Assembly: GCA_038064855.1 (NCBI GenBank)
Contig: JBBTSE010000007.1
Span: 238,097 to 302,096 of the forward strand
DNA length: 64,000 bases
DNA from: Patescibacteria group bacterium
GTDB taxonomy: Bacteria > Patescibacteriota > Minisyncoccia > Ryanbacterales > GWA2-47-10b
Reading direction: 5' to 3'
In this document: piece after piece, positions 15,945-23,150 of the stretch
Position numbering within the stretch: the stretch's first letter is position 1
Layout: the number at the start of each line of letters is the position of its first letter
Position numbers and translations under genes: made by a program
Notes under the pieces: model-generated
Databases searched by the model: none
What the model was told of the DNA's origin: nothing
What the model saw: the letters and a program-made list of their open reading frames with translations, nothing else

Positions 15945-18744
15945 TCGTCTTAATTTCCACAGGAGTGAGAGTGTAGAGTTTATATACCCGCTGATCTATT
16001 TCATTTTCCAGTCTTTCAACTTCGGCTTTGAGTGCATGCCATTTGTCAGTGTTTGCCGAAGTCTTGTTTAGTTCAGCATTACGAGCCGCAACCGTATCAA
16101 CGAGGTATGCAATTTTGCTCTGTTCGCTTTCGCCGACCTTGAGCAACGGAATGTCCATCAACGGTTCTTTATCAATTTGTAACTGCTCGCCCTGTTTTTT
16201 GCCTTTATGCTTGAGCCAGAAGTAGGCAAGATTTGAGTTTAGTATGCCCGTCAAGTATTTCAGGTTGATGTTTTCAAGCTTCAAGATAAGGAACGCTCGC
16301 GTAACATAGCAAGGAAAATCAACATAGGTGAATGCCGGATGCATTGTTTTTCGCAACAAGAAAATCGCTTGTCCTTTGAAAAACTTTTCTTCGCGCGGAC
16401 GATGTAAGCCATAAGGAGCAAACGCCGAAGTTAGGATTTTCTTGAAGCGATCAAGGTGATTTTTGAGATTTGGAAACTCACCAATATGTTCCCTGAAATA
16501 CTTGTCGGCGTAAATGATTTTGTACTGGCTTTCTCTGTCGCTTAAATACCTGTTTATCTGTGAAGTGCCGTAGTAAGGTTTTAGGTACTCACGCTCTTTT
16601 TCGTTGAGGTTCATTCCGGCAATCACCGAGTTCCCCAAGACGAACACCCCATCTCCTTTCTTGATGGTGTCGTCTTTCAATTTCGCCAAATGTGATTCCG
16701 AGACGAAATCTTGCAAGACATCTATCCCGTTTCCAATATCGTCCTTTGATAGTTTGAAGTTGCCCACTTTCTCTATCTTTTCCAAGACCTCGGAAACTGT
16801 GTCGTTTGAAAAACTGATGGATTTCCCGCCAGCGTTTACCGATTTTATAGCCGCTTCGTAAACAACTGAGTTTTCAACCTTTTTTTGCAAACCAGAGGAC
16901 AGAAGTGTGGCAACTTCTTCACTTGTCGTATTCTTGCCCGTGATCTTTGCATATTGAACCTTATATGATTTTCGCGGCTTTCTCTTTTGGAAAACGAAAA
17001 TCATTGTTTGAATGCTCGCGTCTTTGAAAACTCGGAAGTCATTGAAATCAACAAACTTGATGATTTCGCCGCTACTCAAAATCTTCTCGCGGAAAATACT
17101 TGCTCCGGCACTTCCGAGCCAACTTGAAGGTGCGATAAAGCTGAAATATCCGCCATCTTTGAGTTGGTCAATGGCGCGGGCGGCGAAAAGCGTCCAGATG
17201 TCCATTTTGCCCTGGTAGTAGGGACTTTCGTGCAAACCATTGAACGCGGCACGATTGGTGTCTTCCTTAATGTACGGTGGGTTGCCAATAATGACATCGA
17301 AGCCGCCCTGCTCGGCAACTCCCGCAAACTCTTTTTCAATATCAAACGGCTTCTGTTCCAACTCACCTTCAGCGAGAAGCGAGTTTCCGACGCGAAGGTT
17401 ATTTTGAAGCACTGGCAGTTTCGTCCTTTGTTGTAAAACTTTCAGAAGAAGGTTGAGCTGGGCGATTTCTACAGCTTGTCCGTCCAAATCGATACCATAG
17501 ATGTTGTCTTTCAAAATATCAAACTTGGTGAACAGCGAGCGTTTGTCTACACTTCCCAAAATCGTGTCGTAGGCGACGGTCAGGAACGAGCCAGAACCGC
17601 ACGCGGGGTCTAGGACTTTGACTTTGTGCATGTCTTTTGGTTTTGTCTTTTTCAATACTTCGCCGAGCGTTTCGCGGACGATAAACTCCACGATGTATTT
17701 CGGCGTGTAGTAAATACCTTGTGATTTGCGCTTTGATTTTACTTTCTCCTCGCCCTTGCGGACTTGGACGAAAGAAAGATATTGCTCGTAGATGCCGCCG
17801 AGCACGTCGGCGGAGATAGCGGAAAAATCGTAGCGATAGCCATCTTTTGTTTCGTACAGTCCTTTTAAGATTTCGGCGAAAACTTTGTCGTCAGCTTCCC
17901 ATTCTTCGCAGTAGTGGAGAGCAAACAGTTTTGAATTGTAGTGTTCGTCAAACCAACGGAAGCCCCGTATCATTCGCTTCCAGATATTCGTGCGCTTCGT
18001 CTCGTATTCGCGCAACAACGCTTGCAAAATAACTTGCTCAATTTTGCGATCTTCGGCAGTGCGGATGAAAATGAGGCGATCAAGAATACGCTGGACGCCC
18101 TCGTCTATTTCGTCAGTGGAAAGGTTGTTGCGCTTTTTGAACTCGGCAGAAAGCGCCACCCGCCAACTCATCAAATCCTCAAACAGTTTTTCGCCGACTT
18201 GCTTGCGCTTAGTGAGTTTGCCCCATTTTTCGGCTTCCTTATCCAAGAGCCGCTGTTCAAAACTCTCTTTTGAGAGAAGCCAAAGCTGATCAAAGCGGTC
18301 TAGGAACTCGTGGACGCCGATTTCAATGAACAGGTTGCGCGATACATCTTTCGGCGAGATTTCGGCGTTGAAAATCTTGATGGTCTCAAAGTCGGTGAGT
18401 ATTGCCCACGTCGCGCTTTTGTTCCAAGCATAATTTATTGCCTGTTCCGCCCATTTCCACTCGTCCAAATCAACTTTCATCGCTTTTGCTTCAAGGAAAA
18501 ATGTTGGGATACCACTCAAACGGAACGCGAGATCCACTCTGCCACCGGATACGTTCTCCTCAGTAGTAACTTCGCCGTCATTGGTGAGGTTACGCATATC
18601 CCAACCCAAAAACTCGAACAGCGGCTCTATGAACTCATTGCGAGTCTGTGCCTCGTTGTACGATTTGATTTTGCCATCCTGCAAGACGCGCTGATATTTC
18701 TCAACGAGTTTTTGTATTGATTGTTTTGCGTCTTGCTTGTTCAT
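15931..18744 (-). CDS. Type IIG/IIL restriction-modification enzyme (MmeI-like fused endonuclease and N6-adenine methyltransferase)
   Basis: 937 aa. N-terminal PD-(D/E)XK-like module (GGRVDLAF...FLEAKAMK), motif I VLDPACGSGSFL, motif IV IIGNPPY, and a long C-terminal target-recognition region. Size matches MmeI-family enzymes. Confidence 0.8.
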   Translation of the reverse strand: MNKQDAKQSIQKLVEKYQRVLQDGKIKSYNEAQTRNEFIEPLFEFLGWDMRNLTNDGEVTTEENVSGGRVDLAFRLSGIPTFFLEAKAMKVDLDEWKWAEQAINYAWNKSATWAILTDFETIKIFNAEISPKDVSRNLFIEIGVHEFLDRFDQLWLLSKESFEQRLLDKEAEKWGKLTKRKQVGEKLFEDLMSWRVALSAEFKKRNNLSTDEIDEGVQRILDRLIFIRTAEDRKIEQVILQALLREYETKRTNIWKRMIRGFRWFDEHYNSKLFALHYCEEWEADDKVFAEILKGLYETKDGYRYDFSAISADVLGGIYEQYLSFVQVRKGEEKVKSKRKSQGIYYTPKYIVEFIVRETLGEVLKKTKPKDMHKVKVLDPACGSGSFLTVAYDTILGSVDKRSLFTKFDILKDNIYGIDLDGQAVEIAQLNLLLKVLQQRTKLPVLQNNLRVGNSLLAEGELEQKPFDIEKEFAGVAEQGGFDVIIGNPPYIKEDTNRAAFNGLHESPYYQGKMDIWTLFAARAIDQLKDGGYFSFIAPSSWLGSAGASIFREKILSSGEIIKFVDFNDFRVFKDASIQTMIFVFQKRKPRKSYKVQYAKITGKNTTSEEVATLLSSGLQKKVENSVVYEAAIKSVNAGGKSISFSNDTVSEVLEKIEKVGNFKLSKDDIGNGIDVLQDFVSESHLAKLKDDTIKKGDGVFVLGNSVIAGMNLNEKEREYLKPYYGTSQINRYLSDRESQYKIIYADKYFREHIGEFPNLKNHLDRFKKILTSAFAPYGLHRPREEKFFKGQAIFLLRKTMHPAFTYVDFPCYVTRAFLILKLENINLKYLTGILNSNLAYFWLKHKGKKQGEQLQIDKEPLMDIPLLKVGESEQSKIAYLVDTVAARNAELNKTSANTDKWHALKAEVERLENEIDQRVYKLYTLTPVEIKTIEAK

Positions 18745-18774
18745 AACCTATTTTAGTTCAAATTTTGGGAACTT

Positions 18775-19086
18775 CTAATTACAGGGCGGCTCTTTCACTT
18801 TGATAGTACCATCTGGCATTTTTATATAACAGTAATCGTTAACGAACTGCTGAAATCTAGCTGTATTACCCGATAACTCCTCAATCTTCCCTATCCTTGC
18901 TTTCATAGTATCAATTTCTGCACTTTGTGCTTTGATATCGGTTAAGTCAACGTGGATATTATTTCCGATAATGGCGATTACTACTGCAATAATGACACCT
19001 ATGCCTGTTACTACAACTTGTCCTAATTGAATTTTTTGATCTCGAGTCCATGACTGTTTCGTAGTCTTTGCCTCATCCATAAACAA
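18775..19086 (-). CDS. Small membrane protein with C-terminal coiled-coil
   Basis: TM helix VVVTGIGVIIAVVIAIIG followed by a heptad-like region. Confidence 0.45.
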   Translation of the reverse strand: MFMDEAKTTKQSWTRDQKIQLGQVVVTGIGVIIAVVIAIIGNNIHVDLTDIKAQSAEIDTMKARIGKIEELSGNTARFQQFVNDYCYIKMPDGTIKVKEPPCN

Positions 19087-19207
19087 ACTTTAATTTCCTT
19101 AATAATAGTGACTTTTTTAAAAACAAAAACCCGAACAGACGCATATACATCCCCTCGGGTCTTTGTTCAAACTAAGCTTTGAGCGTGATCGGAGGAAATA
19201 TGTAAGG

Positions 19208-19229
19208 TTGCGTAAAAAAATTTGCGTAA
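19208..19229. promoter_or_regulatory. Direct repeat TTGCGTAA-N6-TTGCGTAA in a 350-bp non-coding region
   Basis: GGTTGCGTAAAAAAATTTGCGTAACCCC, about 120 nt upstream of the 19086 start (minus strand). Confidence 0.3.
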
Positions 19230-19442
19230 CCCCCGATAATTTTGTGCTGCGTCCGTATTCAGTTTTTGCTTCTGTAGTCTATTATAGCAGATTTATACTC
19301 CTACTGCAAGAAACCCGAGCTATCTTTTTTACTTCTTTTTATTCTCCCCGTGCCTAAAGCAATGATCGCTACCCTCACGCGCGGGGACGATACATTTTTT
19401 GCCTTTGGTGTTTATGGCCTTGCAGATCTTCTTTGGCATATA

Positions 19443-19841
19443 TCACCTATTCAACCATGTTATGGTCAATTGCAACACTGTCGCAAACGAAACCCATAAA
19501 ACATACGGGATATTGGCGAGGGCGATCCACTTGGCATACGGCCAAATAGCCACCAGTGCCCAGACGAGCGTGCCAAGCACCAATATAATATCTATCGAAG
19601 CCAACAGATTATTCTTGAGCCCGAACTGGATCGGCGTAAAGATAAAATTAAACGCAAGATTGAGCGCAAACGGTAGCGCTACCATCCACGAAATCTTGCC
19701 GGTAAACGCTTTGTAAAACACCGCACCAAAAGTAACCGCAATGATCGCATAGAGCGCGCTCCATACGGGGCCAAACAGCCAGCTTGGCGGCGCCCACGAT
19801 GGCCTGATCAATGTCTGATACCAGCTATATGCTTCATTCAT
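19443..19841 (-). CDS. tspO: TspO/MBR family tryptophan-rich sensory protein
   Basis: 132 aa with Trp-rich TM segments (WYQTLIRPSWAPPSWLFGPVWSALY...) characteristic of TspO. Confidence 0.85.
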   Translation of the reverse strand: MNEAYSWYQTLIRPSWAPPSWLFGPVWSALYAIIAVTFGAVFYKAFTGKISWMVALPFALNLAFNFIFTPIQFGLKNNLLASIDIILVLGTLVWALVAIWPYAKWIALANIPYVLWVSFATVLQLTITWLNR

Positions 19842-19846
19842 AACCT

Positions 19847-19873
19847 AAAAATCGCACTTTTGGTGCGATTTTT
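19847..19873 (-). promoter_or_regulatory. Conserved hairpin AAAAATCGCAC-N5-GTGCGATTTTT, 5 nt upstream of the tspO ATG
   Basis: Arms are identical to the 22407-22432 element. On the minus strand both are followed by TTTTTA(G/A)GTTATG. Confidence 0.55.
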
Positions 19874-19951
19874 CAAGGGTAAAAACCTACCTTGACTTTT
19901 GGCGAATATTTGATAGGATCTGTGTATTACGACGAAAGGGGCTCCAAACGG

Positions 19952-20491
19952 TTAACTGCCTAAGGAGCCCTTTTCTTTTCTCTCGATTTTGCTCCGTACT
20001 CCGGAGGAGTTTAGAGCATCAAAATATACTGCTCCGATTTTCTTGTACAAAGAAGAAGCCCTACTACGATCAGGAAACAAGATTTTTGCAAACTTATTTT
20101 CTTCAATCAAAAAATCGACGAGGGGCTTGTAGTCACCGTCACCTGATATCAGAACGATCTTGCCGAAATCTTCATGCTTGTACATCTTTTTCATTATGTT
20201 AAAAATGATGTCTGAGTCTACATTGCCCTTCTTTTTTCCTATCATCGCCGGGTTGTGCTCGCGAAATATCAATATGAATCCGGCTTTTTGGATTTCCTCA
20301 TAGAGATCTTGATTTGCCTCTTGCACATAACCTAGAAAATAATACGCTTCGCCGACGCTATATTTTTGCTCAAGATATACACGAAAGCGCGCCAAATCAA
20401 CCCTCCATGGATCAATCTCCCGCTTTGCGGTACCCATGTAAAGATTTTGGCCGTCTATATACGCAAGGTTGTTTCTTGCTTGCTTCGCCAT
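19952..20491 (-). CDS. NYN domain (LabA/PIN-like) protein
   Basis: AYIDGQNLY ... DSDIIFNIM ... LISGDGDY motifs of NYN/DUF88 nucleases. Confidence 0.75.
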   Translation of the reverse strand: MAKQARNNLAYIDGQNLYMGTAKREIDPWRVDLARFRVYLEQKYSVGEAYYFLGYVQEANQDLYEEIQKAGFILIFREHNPAMIGKKKGNVDSDIIFNIMKKMYKHEDFGKIVLISGDGDYKPLVDFLIEENKFAKILFPDRSRASSLYKKIGAVYFDALNSSGVRSKIERKEKGSLGS

Positions 20492-20503
20492 CCTCTGTAA
20501 AAA

Positions 20504-20884
20504 TTATTTCTTCTCTTCTTTGCTGTAGTCGTACCAGACTACTTCAATATTGTGCCCGTCAGCATCGTGTACAAACGCGGCGTAGTAACCGGGCCAGTAT
20601 TCGGTGCGGTATCCGGGGGCGCCGTTGTCTGCCGCACCCGCGGCCAGTGCTACTTTGTAAAACTCATCTACCTGCTCTTTATTTTTTGCCTCAAAGGCAA
20701 CGTGTAGTGGGACCACGCCCTTGGGGTTCTTCCCTATCCAAAAGCTGGTATGCCCGCCCTCTATGAAGCCTGCGGCCTCGCCGTATTCCATATTGTTCTC
20801 GTAGCCGAGTGGTGCGAGTGCTTTGATATAAAACTCTTTTGCTTTTTTGTAGTCGCTCACGGGGAGCCCTGTATGTGCAATCAT
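20504..20884 (-). CDS. VOC family protein (glyoxalase/bleomycin-resistance fold)
   Basis: 126 aa with a MIAHTGLPVSDYKKAKEFY...HVAF...FVHDADGHNIEVV pattern. Confidence 0.75.
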   Translation of the reverse strand: MIAHTGLPVSDYKKAKEFYIKALAPLGYENNMEYGEAAGFIEGGHTSFWIGKNPKGVVPLHVAFEAKNKEQVDEFYKVALAAGAADNGAPGYRTEYWPGYYAAFVHDADGHNIEVVWYDYSKEEKK

Positions 20885-20920
20885 GCAAAAATTATAACAT
20901 ATTTAAACTTATAAAAAGAA

Positions 20921-20960
20921 AAAAGCCAGCCTGATAATGGACTGGCTTTGACATGCGTTA
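20921..20960 (-). terminator. Intrinsic terminator, minus orientation
   Basis: AGCCAG-N12-CTGGCT hairpin followed on the minus strand by TTTTTTCTTTTT. Confidence 0.6.
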
Positions 20961-21407
20961 CGCCGGATGTGCTTTCTGTAGGCGTTCTGCGTGTGCGGCA
21001 ACAAACGAGAACATACGATGTAGGAATTCACGACTTGAACGCCGAGCGCGAATATCGCTAAGTGCCGCGCCAAGCGCTGAGTGTAGTGCTTCAGCGCTTT
21101 CGTAGGAAAGCTTGTAATGCATCACGCGTTTGCCACCTCTTCGCTTGAGATCTTCGCGCGCCAGTGGCACAAGTCTACCGTCCTTGATGTCGGATGATTC
21201 GACTTTACGCTCAAACCTAAACACGAGCGCAGCCAGATCGTCGTCCGAGACATAGACCGAAACAGCACGGCCAGCTCCAAGGCGATTGAAATAGCGCATC
21301 GGCTTCTGGGAAAAGGAGAGGTCTTTACGCTGACTGAAGAGAGCCTTCGCGAGCTGCCATAAACCCCCAATATTCACTTTGAGTACCTCCAAAAAGTAGC
21401 CTAGCAC
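20958..21407 (-). CDS. Hypothetical protein
   Basis: 149-aa ORF with no recognised motif. Retained as the only long ORF here. Confidence 0.4.
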   Translation of the reverse strand: MLGYFLEVLKVNIGGLWQLAKALFSQRKDLSFSQKPMRYFNRLGAGRAVSVYVSDDDLAALVFRFERKVESSDIKDGRLVPLAREDLKRRGGKRVMHYKLSYESAEALHSALGAALSDIRARRSSREFLHRMFSFVAAHAERLQKAHPA

Positions 21408-21448
21408 GACTTGCCAAACAAAGAAAAGATTAGATAGTTTTACTCCCT

Positions 21449-22222
21449 TTATTTACACACAAACACGATCTCGTGGTTTTTCTGTGCGCCGAGGGCTACC
21501 TGTGTAGTTTTTTTGAGAAGCGTCTGGCCATTGAGTGTCACATCTTTGATATTGTTTGGAATTTGAAATGACAGATCGAGCTTGAGTGCGCGCAGGTAGA
21601 TAGCGCCGGGCTGAGTGCCGTCAATAGTGACAGTGACGGCAGGCAGTGTGGCGACTGCCGATCCCCCGCTCGCGATTGGTTCGCCAGGCAACTTGAGGCC
21701 GGGCAGTGGTATCGGCAGTGAGCCGGGTATCATGGGGCCGCAGCCGTTGTTTTTGATGGTCATACTCACGGATGTGGCCTGTAATACTACGGCGGCACCT
21801 ACGGCGACAATAGTTATCAGGCCAAATGGACCCTTGGCGGCGCCAAATATTTTACTCCATACAGATTTTTGATTGGGAACTTTTTGCCCTATCTCGTTCG
21901 CATAGAGTTCTGCCTCGACGCGCGAAATCTCGCTGCGCAAATTTTTCCAAAACTGTATGAGAAGCAACAATGCCCTTTTGCGCCCTTTCCTGTCTTCGGT
22001 ATCATCAGGCAAGTGTTCAGCGGCGAGTTCGGAGTATTCGCCATTATCAAGCTTGTCGAGATGAGAAAATGCCTCATCACACGCCTTGAGCTTTTCATCG
22101 ATACCCGCATGCATGCCGCCCACAAGATCGCGCACCGCGCTAAACTTTTCGCGTGATGTAGTGTCGCCTACAAACAGTGCGTGTGCGGCCTCAAGGCGCT
22201 TTTTGGCATCTTTGTAATCCAT
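21449..22222 (-). CDS. Hypothetical membrane protein, co-operonic with the Cys-rich mini-ORF
   Basis: Start at MDYKDAKKR, 5 nt after the mini-ORF stop. Soluble N-terminal domain, central TM (GPFGLITIVAVGAAVVLQA) and a Pro/Gly-rich C-terminal domain. Confidence 0.55.
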   Translation of the reverse strand: MDYKDAKKRLEAAHALFVGDTTSREKFSAVRDLVGGMHAGIDEKLKACDEAFSHLDKLDNGEYSELAAEHLPDDTEDRKGRKRALLLLIQFWKNLRSEISRVEAELYANEIGQKVPNQKSVWSKIFGAAKGPFGLITIVAVGAAVVLQATSVSMTIKNNGCGPMIPGSLPIPLPGLKLPGEPIASGGSAVATLPAVTVTIDGTQPGAIYLRALKLDLSFQIPNNIKDVTLNGQTLLKKTTQVALGAQKNHEIVFVCK

Positions 22223-22230
22223 ATAAAAAA

Positions 22231-22401
22231 TTATTTGTCTTCTGGTGCGGGTGCGTCGTGGTCTTGGCAACCGTTGTGCTTGCCATCAGTGCAATCGCAT
22301 GCCTCGAGCGACATGTTGTGCTTTGGGCACATCTCGGCGCCGCAAACTCCTTCTTTGTCTGATACCCCCTTGCAGGTGCCCGTACATATATAGTGTGTCA
22401 T
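22231..22401 (-). CDS. Unannotated 56-aa Cys-rich small protein; putative metal-binding
   Basis: Hand translation on the minus strand gives MTHYICTGTCKGVSDKEGVCGAEMCPKHNMSLEACDCTDGKHNGCQDHDAPAPEDK*: 7 Cys and 4 His in 56 aa. Absent from the ORF track, which appears limited to ORFs of at least 60 aa. Preceded by the conserved hairpin. Confidence 0.5.
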   Translation of the reverse strand: MTHYICTGTCKGVSDKEGVCGAEMCPKHNMSLEACDCTDGKHNGCQDHDAPAPEDK

Positions 22402-22406
22402 AACTT

Positions 22407-22432
22407 AAAAATCGCACAGAAGTGCGATTTTT
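22407..22432 (-). promoter_or_regulatory. Conserved hairpin AAAAATCGCAC-N4-GTGCGATTTTT, 5 nt upstream of the Cys-rich ORF ATG
   Basis: Second copy of the element at 19847-19873. Loops differ (TTCT vs CAAAA) while the arms and downstream context are identical. Confidence 0.55.
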
Positions 22433-22450
22433 ACAAACAGAGTTTCGAGT

Positions 22451-23101
22451 TTATTTCTTTTTAGCCTTTTTGGGGGCTGCTGCTTTTTTGGCTGGAGACT
22501 TCTTTGCCTCAACGATCTTGGGAGTCTCAGCTACGGGCTTTGCAGTTTCTTTTTGAGATACTGCTGGTGTCAATATACTGATGAGTTTATCGAGCTTGGC
22601 ATTGAGTGAAGCAAAATCTGCTTTGTAATCTGCTGGCTTTGAGCCACTTCGGTCAGTAAATTTGCGATCATCGAAGCTGCGCTTTGGGCGCTCATCACGA
22701 GCTGGGCCGTCGAGCGAGAGATCTCCGCCAGCACCATCGAAACAATCTTTGCAGAAAGTTGGGCGTCCACCGGTAGGCAAAAATGGTACTTCGCATTTTT
22801 TGCCACATTTACTGCAGACCGCTGCATACATACGACGCTCTTCAAAGCGTGAGTTACCACGATCGTTGCGGTCAAAAGTGCGTCCGCCACCATCGCGCTC
22901 GGACCCGCCGTCGCGTTCTTTATCAAAACAGTCACTGCAGTACACAGGACGCTCGCCGGTAGGGCGAAACGGCACTTGGCAGCGCTTGCCACACTTGCCA
23001 CACACAGCGTCATGCATCTGGGGACGGTCATTGCGTCCGCCAAAACTTCGTTTGCCGAACTTGTTGCCGCCGCCTCGGTTGTCTTTGTTGAAATAGGCCA
23101 T
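22451..23101 (-). CDS. Tandem CxxC-x17-CxxC zinc-ribbon protein with Lys/Ala-rich tail
   Basis: Two repeats of C-x2-C-G-K-x-C-x-V-P-F-x-P-T-G-x-R-P-x-x-C-x-x-C-F. The tail (KKSPAKKAAAPKKAKKK) is histone-H1-like. Confidence 0.7.
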   Translation of the reverse strand: MAYFNKDNRGGGNKFGKRSFGGRNDRPQMHDAVCGKCGKRCQVPFRPTGERPVYCSDCFDKERDGGSERDGGGRTFDRNDRGNSRFEERRMYAAVCSKCGKKCEVPFLPTGGRPTFCKDCFDGAGGDLSLDGPARDERPKRSFDDRKFTDRSGSKPADYKADFASLNAKLDKLISILTPAVSQKETAKPVAETPKIVEAKKSPAKKAAAPKKAKKK

Positions 23102-23150
23102 ATATTAGGTAGAACGCAACTATATACTATTTGGCAAAAAATAGCAAGGG

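Noticed and set aside
15931-18744. Calling the large methyltransferase a Type I HsdM/HsdR
   Set aside because: Nuclease-like and MTase motifs sit in one 937-aa polypeptide and no separate hsdS/hsdR genes are adjacent. The architecture fits Type IIG/IIL, not Type I.
19937-19975. Hairpin GGGGCTCC...GGAGCCCC plus T-run as a plus-strand terminator
   Set aside because: It overlaps the last codons and stop of the minus-strand NYN gene, and there is no plus-strand gene upstream. Most likely coincidental secondary structure or a weak minus-strand 3' element, not an independent feature.
22570-23096. Antisense ORFs (157 and 144 aa) within the CxxC-x17-CxxC gene
   Set aside because: Mirror frames of a repetitive Cys/Arg/Gly-rich gene, with no start context or motifs.
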